From Micropepsaceae bacterium (GTDB taxonomy: Bacteria; Pseudomonadota; Alphaproteobacteria; Micropepsales; Micropepsaceae), in contig DASYEG010000116.1 of NCBI GenBank assembly GCA_036499145.1, positions 798 through 64,797 on the forward strand: DNA of 64,000 nt. The letters run 5' to 3'. Position 1 is the first letter of the stretch; each line of letters begins with the position of its first letter. Under the pieces are notes generated by a model. That model worked only from the letters and a program-made list of their open reading frames with translations. It made no database searches and was not told the origin of the DNA. The position numbers and the translations under genes were made by a program. Below, in pieces: positions 19,444 through 28,765 of this stretch.

Positions 19444-21755
19444 GCGTCAATGCGGACTTCGACGGCCTGAAGCGGATACGCGAAGCGATCGCGCTGCACC
19501 AGCAAGGCCGGCTTGCGGAAGCCGAGCGGCTCTACCGCGATATTCTCGCACATACGCCCGATCAACCCGATGCGCTTCACTTCCTGGGCATATTAGAAGG
19601 TCAGCGGGGCCGGCATCAGCCGGCTCTGCAATTGTTGGATCGCGCACTGGCGGTCAATCCGCGTCATCCCGCAATTGCCTATAATCGGGCAAATCTTCTG
19701 CGTGACATGGGCCGGCTCGAAGACGCGCTGACCGGCTACGATACAGCCCTCGCCATCAAACCGGACAATGTCCTCGCGCTCGGCAATCGCGGCGCGGTGC
19801 TGCATGGCTTAGGACGCTATGACGACGCAATGGCGAGCTATGAACGCGCGCTGGCGCTCAAGCCCGGCGATTGCGACACGCATTCCAATCGCGCAAACGC
19901 CCTGGCCGCCCTTGGACGGCATGAAGATGCGCTCGCCGGCTACGACAAGGCACTGGCGGGGAAGCCCGGCCACGTCGCCGCCCTTTACGGCCGGGGCAAT
20001 GCGTTGGCGAAACTGGGAAGGCCCGAGGAGGCGCTTGCTTCCTATGATCGGGCTGTCCAGTGCGATCCTGGCAATGCAGAGCTTCTCGCCAATCGCGCCA
20101 TCGTTCTGAGCGATCTCAACCGCTACGAGGAAGCGCTTGCGGAATTCGCGTCATCGATTGCACGCGCACCGGAGAATGCCGAATCGTTCAACAGTCGCGG
20201 CCTCGTATTCATGCAGCTTCGGCGCCATCGGGATGCTCTCGCGGATTTCACGCGAGCCTGCGAACTAAATCCGGCTTTCGCTAATGCTCTTTATGGGCGC
20301 GCTTCGGCCCTTGTCGAATTGAACCGTCACGACGAGGCCATTCCGGCCTTCGAACAATTGTTGCGGCAAGCGCCGGACTATCCCTATGGGCTTGGCATGC
20401 TGGTCTATGCCCAGAGGACAGCTTGCGATTGGCGCGACCTATCCGCGAGCGCTGCATTGGCCGATGCCATCGCGGCAGGAAAGCGCGTCGCTACACCGCT
20501 TGTGCTTCTCGCGATCTCCGATTCGCCTTCCCTGAAGCTGCGTTGCGCGGAAGTTCTGATCGCGGACAAATTCCGGCCCGTGGAGGAGCCTCTGTGGCGT
20601 GGCGATCGATCTCGTCATGAGCGGATTCGCGTCGCCTATCTTTCCGCGGATTTCCGACCCCACCCCGTGGCCATCCTGATGGCCGGCGTATTCGAGCATC
20701 ACGACCGCGAGCGTTTCGAGACCATCGCGATTTCCTATGGTACGGATGATAAAAGCATGATGCGCGCGCGACTGATGCAAAGTTTCGAGCGCTTCATCGA
20801 TGTGCGCGGCAAGAGCGACAGGCAGGTAGCCGCCCTGATCCACGATATGGAGGCCGATATCCTCGTCGATCTCACCGGCCTCACCGCCAGCGCACGCCCC
20901 GGAATCCTCGCGTTTCGCCCCGCGCCCGTGCAGGTGAACTATCTCGGCTTCGCTGGCTCTCTCGGCGCCCCTTACACGGACTATATCCTTGCCGACACGA
21001 TCGTCATCCCGGAAGATCAGCAGGTGTTTTACGCAGAGAAAATGGCTTATCTGCCGGCCTCCTACCTGCCCCATGATTCCAAGCGCCGCATCGCCGAACG
21101 CGCGCCCGCCCGCGGCGAACTCGGTCTGCCGGATTCGGGCTTCGTCTTTGCGTCTTTCAACAACAGCTACAAATTCACCCCCGAAATATTCGACGTCTGG
21201 ATGCGGCTGTTGCGCAAAATCGAGGGTAGCGTGCTGTGGTTGTCCGCATCGAACGCGGCCGCCCAGCGCAATCTGAAGCGCGAAGCCGAAGCGCGCGGCG
21301 TCGCTGGACATCGAATCGTGTTTGCCGGATTCGTGCCCCAAGGTGAAGATCATCTCGCGCGGCTGGCCGCCGCGGATCTTTTTCTGGACACGTTTCCCTA
21401 TAATGCCCACACGACCGCGAGCGATGCATTGTGGGCGGGGCTTCCGCTCTTGACCTGCAAAGGCCAGAGTTTCGCCAGCGCGGTGGCGGCCAGCCTGCTG
21501 CAGGCCTGCGGCTTGCCGGAGTTGATCACCGATTCACTGGCAGCCTACGAAAACCGTGCCCTCGATCTCGCCCGCAACGCTGCCGCGCTGGCCGATATAA
21601 GAGCGAAACTCAGCAGCAATCGCGATGTTTGCGCCCTCTTCGACACGGCCCGTTTCACACGAAATCTCGAACGCGCTTACACGACGATGTGGAAACGTTC
21701 GCAATCCGGCACCGAACCCACCAGCTTTCACGTCGAACCGGTGGCAGACCCATGA
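19440..21755 (+). CDS. TPR repeat protein with C-terminal GT41 (OGT/SPINDLY-like) glycosyltransferase domain, paralog 1 (771 aa)
   Basis: N-terminal 34-aa TPR periodicity (…A.YNRANLL…G..E.A…YD.ALA..P…). The C-terminal module has OGT-type motifs: RIRVAYLSADFRPHPVA, RPAPVQVNYLGFAGSLGAPYTDYILAD, FNNSYKFTPE, YNAHTTASDALWAGLP. Confidence 0.9.
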   Translation: MSVNADFDGLKRIREAIALHQQGRLAEAERLYRDILAHTPDQPDALHFLGILEGQRGRHQPALQLLDRALAVNPRHPAIAYNRANLLRDMGRLEDALTGYDTALAIKPDNVLALGNRGAVLHGLGRYDDAMASYERALALKPGDCDTHSNRANALAALGRHEDALAGYDKALAGKPGHVAALYGRGNALAKLGRPEEALASYDRAVQCDPGNAELLANRAIVLSDLNRYEEALAEFASSIARAPENAESFNSRGLVFMQLRRHRDALADFTRACELNPAFANALYGRASALVELNRHDEAIPAFEQLLRQAPDYPYGLGMLVYAQRTACDWRDLSASAALADAIAAGKRVATPLVLLAISDSPSLKLRCAEVLIADKFRPVEEPLWRGDRSRHERIRVAYLSADFRPHPVAILMAGVFEHHDRERFETIAISYGTDDKSMMRARLMQSFERFIDVRGKSDRQVAALIHDMEADILVDLTGLTASARPGILAFRPAPVQVNYLGFAGSLGAPYTDYILADTIVIPEDQQVFYAEKMAYLPASYLPHDSKRRIAERAPARGELGLPDSGFVFASFNNSYKFTPEIFDVWMRLLRKIEGSVLWLSASNAAAQRNLKREAEARGVAGHRIVFAGFVPQGEDHLARLAAADLFLDTFPYNAHTTASDALWAGLPLLTCKGQSFASAVAASLLQACGLPELITDSLAAYENRALDLARNAAALADIRAKLSSNRDVCALFDTARFTRNLERAYTTMWKRSQSGTEPTSFHVEPVADP

Positions 21756-23947
21756 GCGAGGCGGCGCTCAAACAGGCGTGGAGCTTGCAGCAAGCGGGGC
21801 AACATGGCGAAGCCGCACGGCTCTACGCCGATGTTCTGCGCACAAACCCGCGCAATTTCGATGCGCTTTTCCAATTGGGTAACATCTATCTCGTCACCGG
21901 ACATCCCGCCGACTCTGAACGGCTTTATGCCCGCGCTGCACAGATCAATTCGCAATCACCCGAGCTGTTCTATAATCGCGGGTGCGCGGCCATGAGCCTT
22001 TCCCGCCACGAAGATGCGCTTGCCGCTTTTGCGCATGCTCTTGCGCTCCGTCCCGATTTCACCGAGGCACGCAACAATCGTGGCGTCACCCTCCTTTCGC
22101 TCAAGCGGCATAAGGAGGCACTAGCGTGTTTCGACCGCGTACTGGCGGACAGGCCCGGCCTTGCCACTGTTCAGAACAATCGCGCCACCGCTCTTCTGGG
22201 TTTGCTTCGCCAGGAAGAAGCCCTTGCCGCTGCCGAACTCGCCTTGTGCGAGAATCCACAGGATGCGCATGCGCTTTACAATCGTGGCGCGGCGCTGATG
22301 ATGATCGGGCGGCTTCCGGAATCCCTGTCGCAGTTCGACAAGGCGCTCTCCGTCAATCGCGATTATGCGGACGCCCTCATCTATCGGGGTATCGTGCTTG
22401 CCGTGCTGAACCGTCATGAGGAAGCGCTGGCCAGCTATAACATGGCACTCGTAATCCGGCCAGGCGACATCGAGATTCTTTATAATCGCGCGACCTCGCT
22501 TTGGGCGCTGAAACGCTTCGAGGAAGCAATTCCCGATTGCGAAGAGGTCTTAAAGCGCAATCCGCATTTCAAATATGCGCGCGGCAATTTGGTGCAGAGC
22601 AGGCTGCAGTGCTGCGACTGGCAGAATTTGACGGAGGATAAGGTAAAAATCGTGACGGATTTGCACAATGGCGTGCTGACCCTCAATCCGCTGCAGAGCA
22701 TCGTGCTGTTCGATTCGCCGGACATGCTGCTGCAAGCCGCGCGGCTCTGGATCGCCAACGAATGCGCGCCCGCGATGACGCCGTTGTGGCAGGGCGAAAT
22801 CCATAAGCACGACCGCATCCGTATCGCCTACATGTCGGCTGATTTTCGTATGCATGCCGTGGCGCTGCTGGTGGCGGGCGTTTTCGAGCATCACGATCGA
22901 ACGCGTTTCGAGACCACCGCGATTTCGATAGGTCCCAACGATTCAAGCCCCATGCGCGCGCGACTGGAAACGGCCTTCGACCGCTTCATCGACGTGCAGG
23001 ACCGCACCGATGCCGAGGTCGCCGAACTGATCCGTGAGATGGAGATCGATATTCTCATCGACCTCACCGGGTTTACGCAACACGGCCGCACCGGCATTCT
23101 GGCGCGGCGTCCGGCGGGGATTCAGGTGAACTTTCTTGGCTTCCCGGGCACCATGGGCGCGCCTTATATCGACTACATCCTTGTCGATGAAACTGTCATT
23201 GTAGAAGCCGATCAGCGCTATTTCGAAGAGAAAGTGGCGTATCTGCCCGAAACCTATCTCCCGAACGATTTCACACGCGCCATCGCAGAACACTCGCCGA
23301 GCCGCGCAGAATCGGGACTGCCTGAGAATGGTTTCGTGTTCTGCACCTTCAACAATCTTTCCAAGATCACGCCTGAGACGTTTGATGTCTGGATGCGCCT
23401 GCTCGAAAATGTCCCGGACAGCGTGTTGTGGCTCTCCCAGGCCAATCCTTCGGCCATCCGCAATCTGAGGCGCGAGGCGCAAGCGCGCGGCATCGCGGGC
23501 AACCGGATTCTGTTTGCGCCGTTCGTCCAAGCACCCGAAGAACATCTGGCGCGGCTGCGTCTTGCCGATTTGTTCCTCGACACGCGGCCCTATAACGCCC
23601 ACGCAACGGCATGCGACGCGCTATGGGCGGGTGTCCCCATGGTGACGCAGATAGGGTCCAGCTTCGCCGGACGCGTGGGCGCCAGTCTTTTGACCGCGAT
23701 CGGCCTTCCCGAATTGATCGCGCATTCCGAAGAGGAATATGAGGCTCTCGCCCTGCGGCTTGCCCGCGATCCCACGGCACTCGCGCTCCTGAAGGAGAAG
23801 CTTGCGAACAATCGCATGACGCATCCGCTGTTCGATACCGCCCGCTTCACGCGCGATCTCGAAAGCGCCTATCTTGCCATGTGGGAACGTCATCGGCGGG
23901 GCGAATCGCCCCGTGGCTTCAGGTCCAGCGAAACCATTGCACAATGA
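21752..23947 (+). CDS. TPR + GT41 glycosyltransferase, paralog 2 (731 aa)
   Basis: Inner part of ORF 21431..23947. ATG 21752 overlaps the paralog 1 stop (ATGA). Starts MSEAALKQAWSLQQAGQHGEAARLY. Same C-terminal motif set (YMSADFRMHAVA, RPAGIQVNFLGFPGTMGAPYIDYILVD, FNNLSKITPE). Confidence 0.9.
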   Translation: MSEAALKQAWSLQQAGQHGEAARLYADVLRTNPRNFDALFQLGNIYLVTGHPADSERLYARAAQINSQSPELFYNRGCAAMSLSRHEDALAAFAHALALRPDFTEARNNRGVTLLSLKRHKEALACFDRVLADRPGLATVQNNRATALLGLLRQEEALAAAELALCENPQDAHALYNRGAALMMIGRLPESLSQFDKALSVNRDYADALIYRGIVLAVLNRHEEALASYNMALVIRPGDIEILYNRATSLWALKRFEEAIPDCEEVLKRNPHFKYARGNLVQSRLQCCDWQNLTEDKVKIVTDLHNGVLTLNPLQSIVLFDSPDMLLQAARLWIANECAPAMTPLWQGEIHKHDRIRIAYMSADFRMHAVALLVAGVFEHHDRTRFETTAISIGPNDSSPMRARLETAFDRFIDVQDRTDAEVAELIREMEIDILIDLTGFTQHGRTGILARRPAGIQVNFLGFPGTMGAPYIDYILVDETVIVEADQRYFEEKVAYLPETYLPNDFTRAIAEHSPSRAESGLPENGFVFCTFNNLSKITPETFDVWMRLLENVPDSVLWLSQANPSAIRNLRREAQARGIAGNRILFAPFVQAPEEHLARLRLADLFLDTRPYNAHATACDALWAGVPMVTQIGSSFAGRVGASLLTAIGLPELIAHSEEEYEALALRLARDPTALALLKEKLANNRMTHPLFDTARFTRDLESAYLAMWERHRRGESPRGFRSSETIAQ

Positions 23948-26043
23948 GCGGTGGCACGATCCAAAAAGCGTTCGGTCTGCATCGTGCGGGCAAACTCGAC
24001 GAAGCCGCGAAGGTTTACAGCGAAATCCTGCGCAGCGAACCCCGTCAAGTGGATGCACTCTATCTGCTTGGATCGGTTCATTTTCAACGTGGTGAATTTA
24101 GCGATGCGCTGGCCCGTTTCGATGAAGCGCTTGCCATTAAGCCGCGCTTCATCGAAGCCATGGCCGGACGCGGCGCGGCGCTCTCGAATTTCGGCCGGCA
24201 GGAAGAAGCGTTGACGGCCTATGAGACTGTGCTGGCGGCCAGTCCCGATCACGCGCAGAGTTGGAACAATCGCGGCAATACGCTGCTTGTTCTGGGTCGC
24301 GAGCAAGACGCGCTCGCCAGCTACGACCGGGCGCTCAGCCTGGTGCCGAATTACGTCGATGCGTGGCGCAATCGCGCAACCGCCTTGCTGCGGACAGGAC
24401 GGATCGAGGAGGCGCTGGCGAACTTCGAGAGGGCGCTTGAACTCAAGCCCGATTTCGCCGTTGCGTGGGAGGACTACGCCACCGTGCTGGCAAGACTTGG
24501 CCGGCGCGAAGATGCCATCGTGGCCTATGATCGCGCGCTCGCCCTCACGCCGGACAATCCGGACCTGCTGTATAATCGCGGCAACCTCCACGCCATCCTG
24601 AGACGTTACGACGAGGCCATCCATGACTGCGAGGCCACGTTGGCGCGCGCGCCCGATTATCCCTACGCCCGCGGCGTGCTGATTCATTCAAAGCTGCAAA
24701 GCTGCAACTGGCGGGGATTGGATGCGGAGATTTGGAATATCTCGATGGCGCTGGCCGCGGGCAAGCGGGTGGTATCGCCGTTCAATCTCAAGGCGCTGTC
24801 CGATTCGCCGCCGGAACATTTGCGCGTGGCACAGATCTGGACCGCCAACGAAGCACCTGCGCCGCCGTTTCTGGCGTCCAAACCTCTCGGGCAAAGCCCG
24901 CGCGACACGCATGACCGCATCCGCCTGGCCTATGTCTCAGGCGATTTCAACAGCAGCGCCGTGGCGACCCTGATGGCGGGCGTGTTTGAACATCACGACC
25001 GCAGAATGTTCGAGACGATTGCGGTCTCCTTCGGGCCCGCCGCCAGCACGCCCACGCGCGTGCGATTGGAATCCGCGTTCGAACGCTTCGTCGATATGCG
25101 GGGCAGGAGTGACGGCGAAATCGCCAATCTGTTACGCGACATGGAAGCCGATATCGCCGTCGATCTGATGGGATATACCGGCGAATGTCGCACCGCCATC
25201 TTCGCCCAACGCCCCGCTCCCGTGCAGGTGAACTATCTCGGCTTTCCCGGCACCATGGGCGCATCCTATATGGACTATATCATCGCCGATTCCACCGTCG
25301 TGCCCGAAGATCAGCAGCGTCACTACGCCGAGGCCGTCGCCTATCTGCCCCATTGTTATTTGCCGGCCGACCGCGCGCGTGGGGTGGCAGAGACCATTCC
25401 CAGCCGCGCCGAGGCGGGATTGCCGCAAGACGGCTTCGTCTTCGTCTCGTTCAACAACAGCTACAAATTCAACCCCGTGATGTTCGGCGTCTGGATGCGG
25501 CTGTTGCGTGCGGTGGAGGGGAGCGTGCTGTGGCTGCCGGAAACCAATCTGGCAGCGCGGCGCAATCTCGTGCGTGAAGCCGAAGCGCGCGCCGTGGCGC
25601 CCGCGAGGATCGTGTTCGCCCCCCTTGTGCCCGATGCCGGCGAACATCTGGCGCGACTCTCGCTTGGCGATCTGTTTCTCGATACGCTGCCCTACAATGC
25701 GCACACCACTGCAAGCGATGCGCTCTGGGCGGGTGTTCCGGTTCTGACGCAGATCGGCAACAGCTTCGCGGGGCGCGTGGCCGCGAGCGCCCTGAAAGCC
25801 GTCGGCCTCGCCGAATTGATCGCCCGCACACCGGACGAATACGAGGCCATAGCGCTGGCACTTGCGCGCGATCCCGTGAGGCTTGGCGAAATTCGGGCAA
25901 AGCTCGGCCGCAACCGCCTGACCACACCCTTATTCGATACGGCGGGGTTCACTCGCGATCTCGAGACCGTGTTCACCACCATGTGGGCGCGGCACCGGCG
26001 CGGCGAGATGCCCGCAAGCTTTGCTGTCGCAGCCACGGATTAA
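23944..26043 (+). CDS. TPR + GT41 glycosyltransferase, paralog 3 (699 aa)
   Basis: Inner part of ORF 23881..26043. ATG 23944 overlaps the paralog 2 stop (ATGA). Starts MSGGTIQKAFGLHRAGKLDEAAKVY. C-terminal motifs are conserved, except DFNSSAVA where the other copies have DFxxH. Confidence 0.9.
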   Translation: MSGGTIQKAFGLHRAGKLDEAAKVYSEILRSEPRQVDALYLLGSVHFQRGEFSDALARFDEALAIKPRFIEAMAGRGAALSNFGRQEEALTAYETVLAASPDHAQSWNNRGNTLLVLGREQDALASYDRALSLVPNYVDAWRNRATALLRTGRIEEALANFERALELKPDFAVAWEDYATVLARLGRREDAIVAYDRALALTPDNPDLLYNRGNLHAILRRYDEAIHDCEATLARAPDYPYARGVLIHSKLQSCNWRGLDAEIWNISMALAAGKRVVSPFNLKALSDSPPEHLRVAQIWTANEAPAPPFLASKPLGQSPRDTHDRIRLAYVSGDFNSSAVATLMAGVFEHHDRRMFETIAVSFGPAASTPTRVRLESAFERFVDMRGRSDGEIANLLRDMEADIAVDLMGYTGECRTAIFAQRPAPVQVNYLGFPGTMGASYMDYIIADSTVVPEDQQRHYAEAVAYLPHCYLPADRARGVAETIPSRAEAGLPQDGFVFVSFNNSYKFNPVMFGVWMRLLRAVEGSVLWLPETNLAARRNLVREAEARAVAPARIVFAPLVPDAGEHLARLSLGDLFLDTLPYNAHTTASDALWAGVPVLTQIGNSFAGRVAASALKAVGLAELIARTPDEYEAIALALARDPVRLGEIRAKLGRNRLTTPLFDTAGFTRDLETVFTTMWARHRRGEMPASFAVAATD

Positions 26044-26065
26044 TTATGCTTCGATCCCGCCCGTC

Positions 26066-28765
26066 ATGAACGATCACATTCTGCAGAACGCGTGGCGGCT
26101 GCATCAGGCAGGACAATTCGCCGAGGCCGCACGGCTCTACAATCAGGTGCTGAGCGCCAATCCGCGCCATCTGGGCGCGCTGCAGATGCTCGGCTATCTC
26201 CATTTCCAGCGCGGTGAGCTGAACGATGCCGATCGCATCATGGCGCGTGCGCTGAAGCTCGATCCGACATCGGTGGATGCGCTCTACAATCGCGGCTGCG
26301 TTCTGCAGGCGCTCGGCAAGGAACGCGATGCGCTGGCCAGTTTCGACCGGGCGCTCGCGCTGAAGCCCGATTACGCGCCTGCGATGGCCAATCGCGGCAA
26401 TGTGCTGGCGCGGTTGGGGCGCTTTGCCGATGCGCTCGCGAGCTACAATCTGGCGCTGGCCTTGATGCCAGCATCCGCAGAATTGCTGCTCAATCGCGGC
26501 AATGCGCTATTCGAACTCGGCCGCCACGCCGAAGCGCTGACGAGCTACGATCAGGCGTTGGCGAAGGAACCGCAAGTTCCGATCGTCTGGCACAATCGTG
26601 GCAATGCGCAGGCCGAACTCGGGCGTCATGTGGAGGCGTTGGCGAGCTTTGACCGCGCCATTCAATTGGATGCCCGCTATGGCGACGCCTATTTCGGGCG
26701 CGGCGCCGCACTCGTAAAGCTCGAACGCGACAGCGAGGCGCTCGCAGATTTCGAAAAGACATTGGCGCTCGATCCGGCCCATCTCGCAGCGCTCCACAAT
26801 CGGGGACGTATATTGCGAAAGACCCTGCGGATCGCCGAGGCGCTCGCCGCGTTCGAGGCCATCCTCGCGTTCGAGCCTACCTATACCGAAGCCATGATCG
26901 ACAAGGGCATCACGCTGATCGCCCTGAAACGCCACGCCGAAGCGCTCGCCGCGTTCGATAGCGCCCTAACGCTCGCGCCCGGCAATGTGGAAGCCCTGAC
27001 GAATCGCGCGAGCGCGTTGATCCGCCTGAAGCGTTACGAAGAAGCCCGCGCGGATTCCGTCCGCGCGACAGCCGCGGAACCTGCGAACGCTGCCGCCTGG
27101 CACAATCTCGGCGGCGCACTCTCCGGGCTGAAGCGGCCTAAGGACGCGCTCGTCTGTTTGGACAAGGCGCTCGCTCTCGCGCCGGACAATGGGGCAAGCT
27201 GGAACAATCGCGGCGCCGCGATGGTGGTGCTGAAACAGGAGGAGGCGGCCCTCCCTTATTTCGACAAGGCGCTCCAACTCGATCCGTCCGATGTCGACAG
27301 CTGGGCAAACCGCGCGCGCGCCCATTCTAATCTGCGGCATTTCACGGAAGCCATCGCCGACAGCGACCGGGCGCTCGCCATCGACCCCGATCTCGCGGCG
27401 GCAAAACGCATCGGCATCCACGCGCGCCTTCACGCCTGCGCTTGGGAGCGGCGTGACGACGACAAACGGCGGATCACGGCAGGCCTCACAGCGGGAGAAC
27501 GGATCATCACCGCGCTCGACCATCGCGGTCTATGCGATTCCGAAAGCGAGAACCTCATCGTCGCGCGGTTATGGGCCATGGAAGAATATCCCCCCGCTCC
27601 CAATCCGCTCTGGCGCGGCGAACGCTATTCCCACGACAAAATTCGCATCGCCTATGTTTCGACCGATTTCCGGGCCCACGCGGTTGCCTTCCTCATCGTG
27701 GGCTCATTCGAACATCACGACAAGCAGCGTTTCGAAACCACCGCCATCTCGATTCATCCAGGCGACGGCAGCGAGACGCGAAACCGCATCGAAACCGCGT
27801 TCGACCGCTTCATCGATGCGACCGCGATGAGCGATGCCGAAGTCGCAGCGCGGCTCAAGGAGATGGAAATCGATATCGCCATCGATTTGAACGGCTATAC
27901 GGGCGACGCGCGCACCGGCATTTTCGCGCATCGTGCCGCGCCCGTGCAGGTGAATTATCTTGGCTATCCCGGCACCATGGCCGCACCCTATATGGACTAT
28001 ATCATTGCCGATCCGATCACGATCCCGGCCGAGCACCGGACGTATTACAGCGAGAAAGTCGTGTATCTGCCGAACGCCTATCAGGCCAACGACCGCAAGC
28101 GGCGCATCGCGGAGCGCACGCCCACACGCGCCGAATGCGGATTGCCGCAAGAGGGGTTCGTGTTTGCCTGCTTCAACAACACGCACAAGATCGGACCTGA
28201 GATATTCGGCATCTGGATGCGCCTATTGCGCGATTATGCCGGCAGCGTGTTGTGGCTGTTCGAGGACAATGCCGTCGCTGCCCAAAATCTCCGACGTGAG
28301 GCGGCCGCACGCGGCGTGGCCCCGGAGCGGCTGGTGTTCGCGCCCCGCATGATGCCGCCCGAGCATCTGGCCCGCACGCGGCTCGCCGATCTTTTCCTCG
28401 ACACTCTTCCCTACAATGCCCACACCACGGCGAGCGACGCGCTGTGGATGGGGTTGCCGGTCGTCACTTGCCCCGGGACCACCTTCCCCTCCCGCGTGGC
28501 GGCAAGTCTGCTCCATGCCATCGGGATGCCGGAATTGGTGACATCCTCGCTCGCGGAATATGAGGAACTGGTGCGCGTTCTGGCGAAGAACCCTGAACGG
28601 CTTGCGGAAATCCGGGCGAAGCTCGCGCGAAACCGCGACATCGAGCCCATGTTCGATACGGCGGGGTTCACTCGCGATCTTGAAGCGGCTTACACCGGCA
28701 TGTGGGAACGGCAGCAGGCGGGGCGCGCAGCGGAGAGCTTCGCCGTGCCTGCCGAAGCGCCGTAG
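26066..28765 (+). CDS. TPR + GT41 glycosyltransferase, paralog 4 (899 aa, longest TPR arm)
   Basis: Inner part of ORF 26021..28765. Start ATG 26066 (MNDHILQNAWRLHQAGQFAEAARLY) was chosen by analogy with the other paralogs. An upstream TTG at 26021 is possible. About 520 aa of TPR repeats precede the GT41 module. Confidence 0.88.
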   Translation: MNDHILQNAWRLHQAGQFAEAARLYNQVLSANPRHLGALQMLGYLHFQRGELNDADRIMARALKLDPTSVDALYNRGCVLQALGKERDALASFDRALALKPDYAPAMANRGNVLARLGRFADALASYNLALALMPASAELLLNRGNALFELGRHAEALTSYDQALAKEPQVPIVWHNRGNAQAELGRHVEALASFDRAIQLDARYGDAYFGRGAALVKLERDSEALADFEKTLALDPAHLAALHNRGRILRKTLRIAEALAAFEAILAFEPTYTEAMIDKGITLIALKRHAEALAAFDSALTLAPGNVEALTNRASALIRLKRYEEARADSVRATAAEPANAAAWHNLGGALSGLKRPKDALVCLDKALALAPDNGASWNNRGAAMVVLKQEEAALPYFDKALQLDPSDVDSWANRARAHSNLRHFTEAIADSDRALAIDPDLAAAKRIGIHARLHACAWERRDDDKRRITAGLTAGERIITALDHRGLCDSESENLIVARLWAMEEYPPAPNPLWRGERYSHDKIRIAYVSTDFRAHAVAFLIVGSFEHHDKQRFETTAISIHPGDGSETRNRIETAFDRFIDATAMSDAEVAARLKEMEIDIAIDLNGYTGDARTGIFAHRAAPVQVNYLGYPGTMAAPYMDYIIADPITIPAEHRTYYSEKVVYLPNAYQANDRKRRIAERTPTRAECGLPQEGFVFACFNNTHKIGPEIFGIWMRLLRDYAGSVLWLFEDNAVAAQNLRREAAARGVAPERLVFAPRMMPPEHLARTRLADLFLDTLPYNAHTTASDALWMGLPVVTCPGTTFPSRVAASLLHAIGMPELVTSSLAEYEELVRVLAKNPERLAEIRAKLARNRDIEPMFDTAGFTRDLEAAYTGMWERQQAGRAAESFAVPAEAP

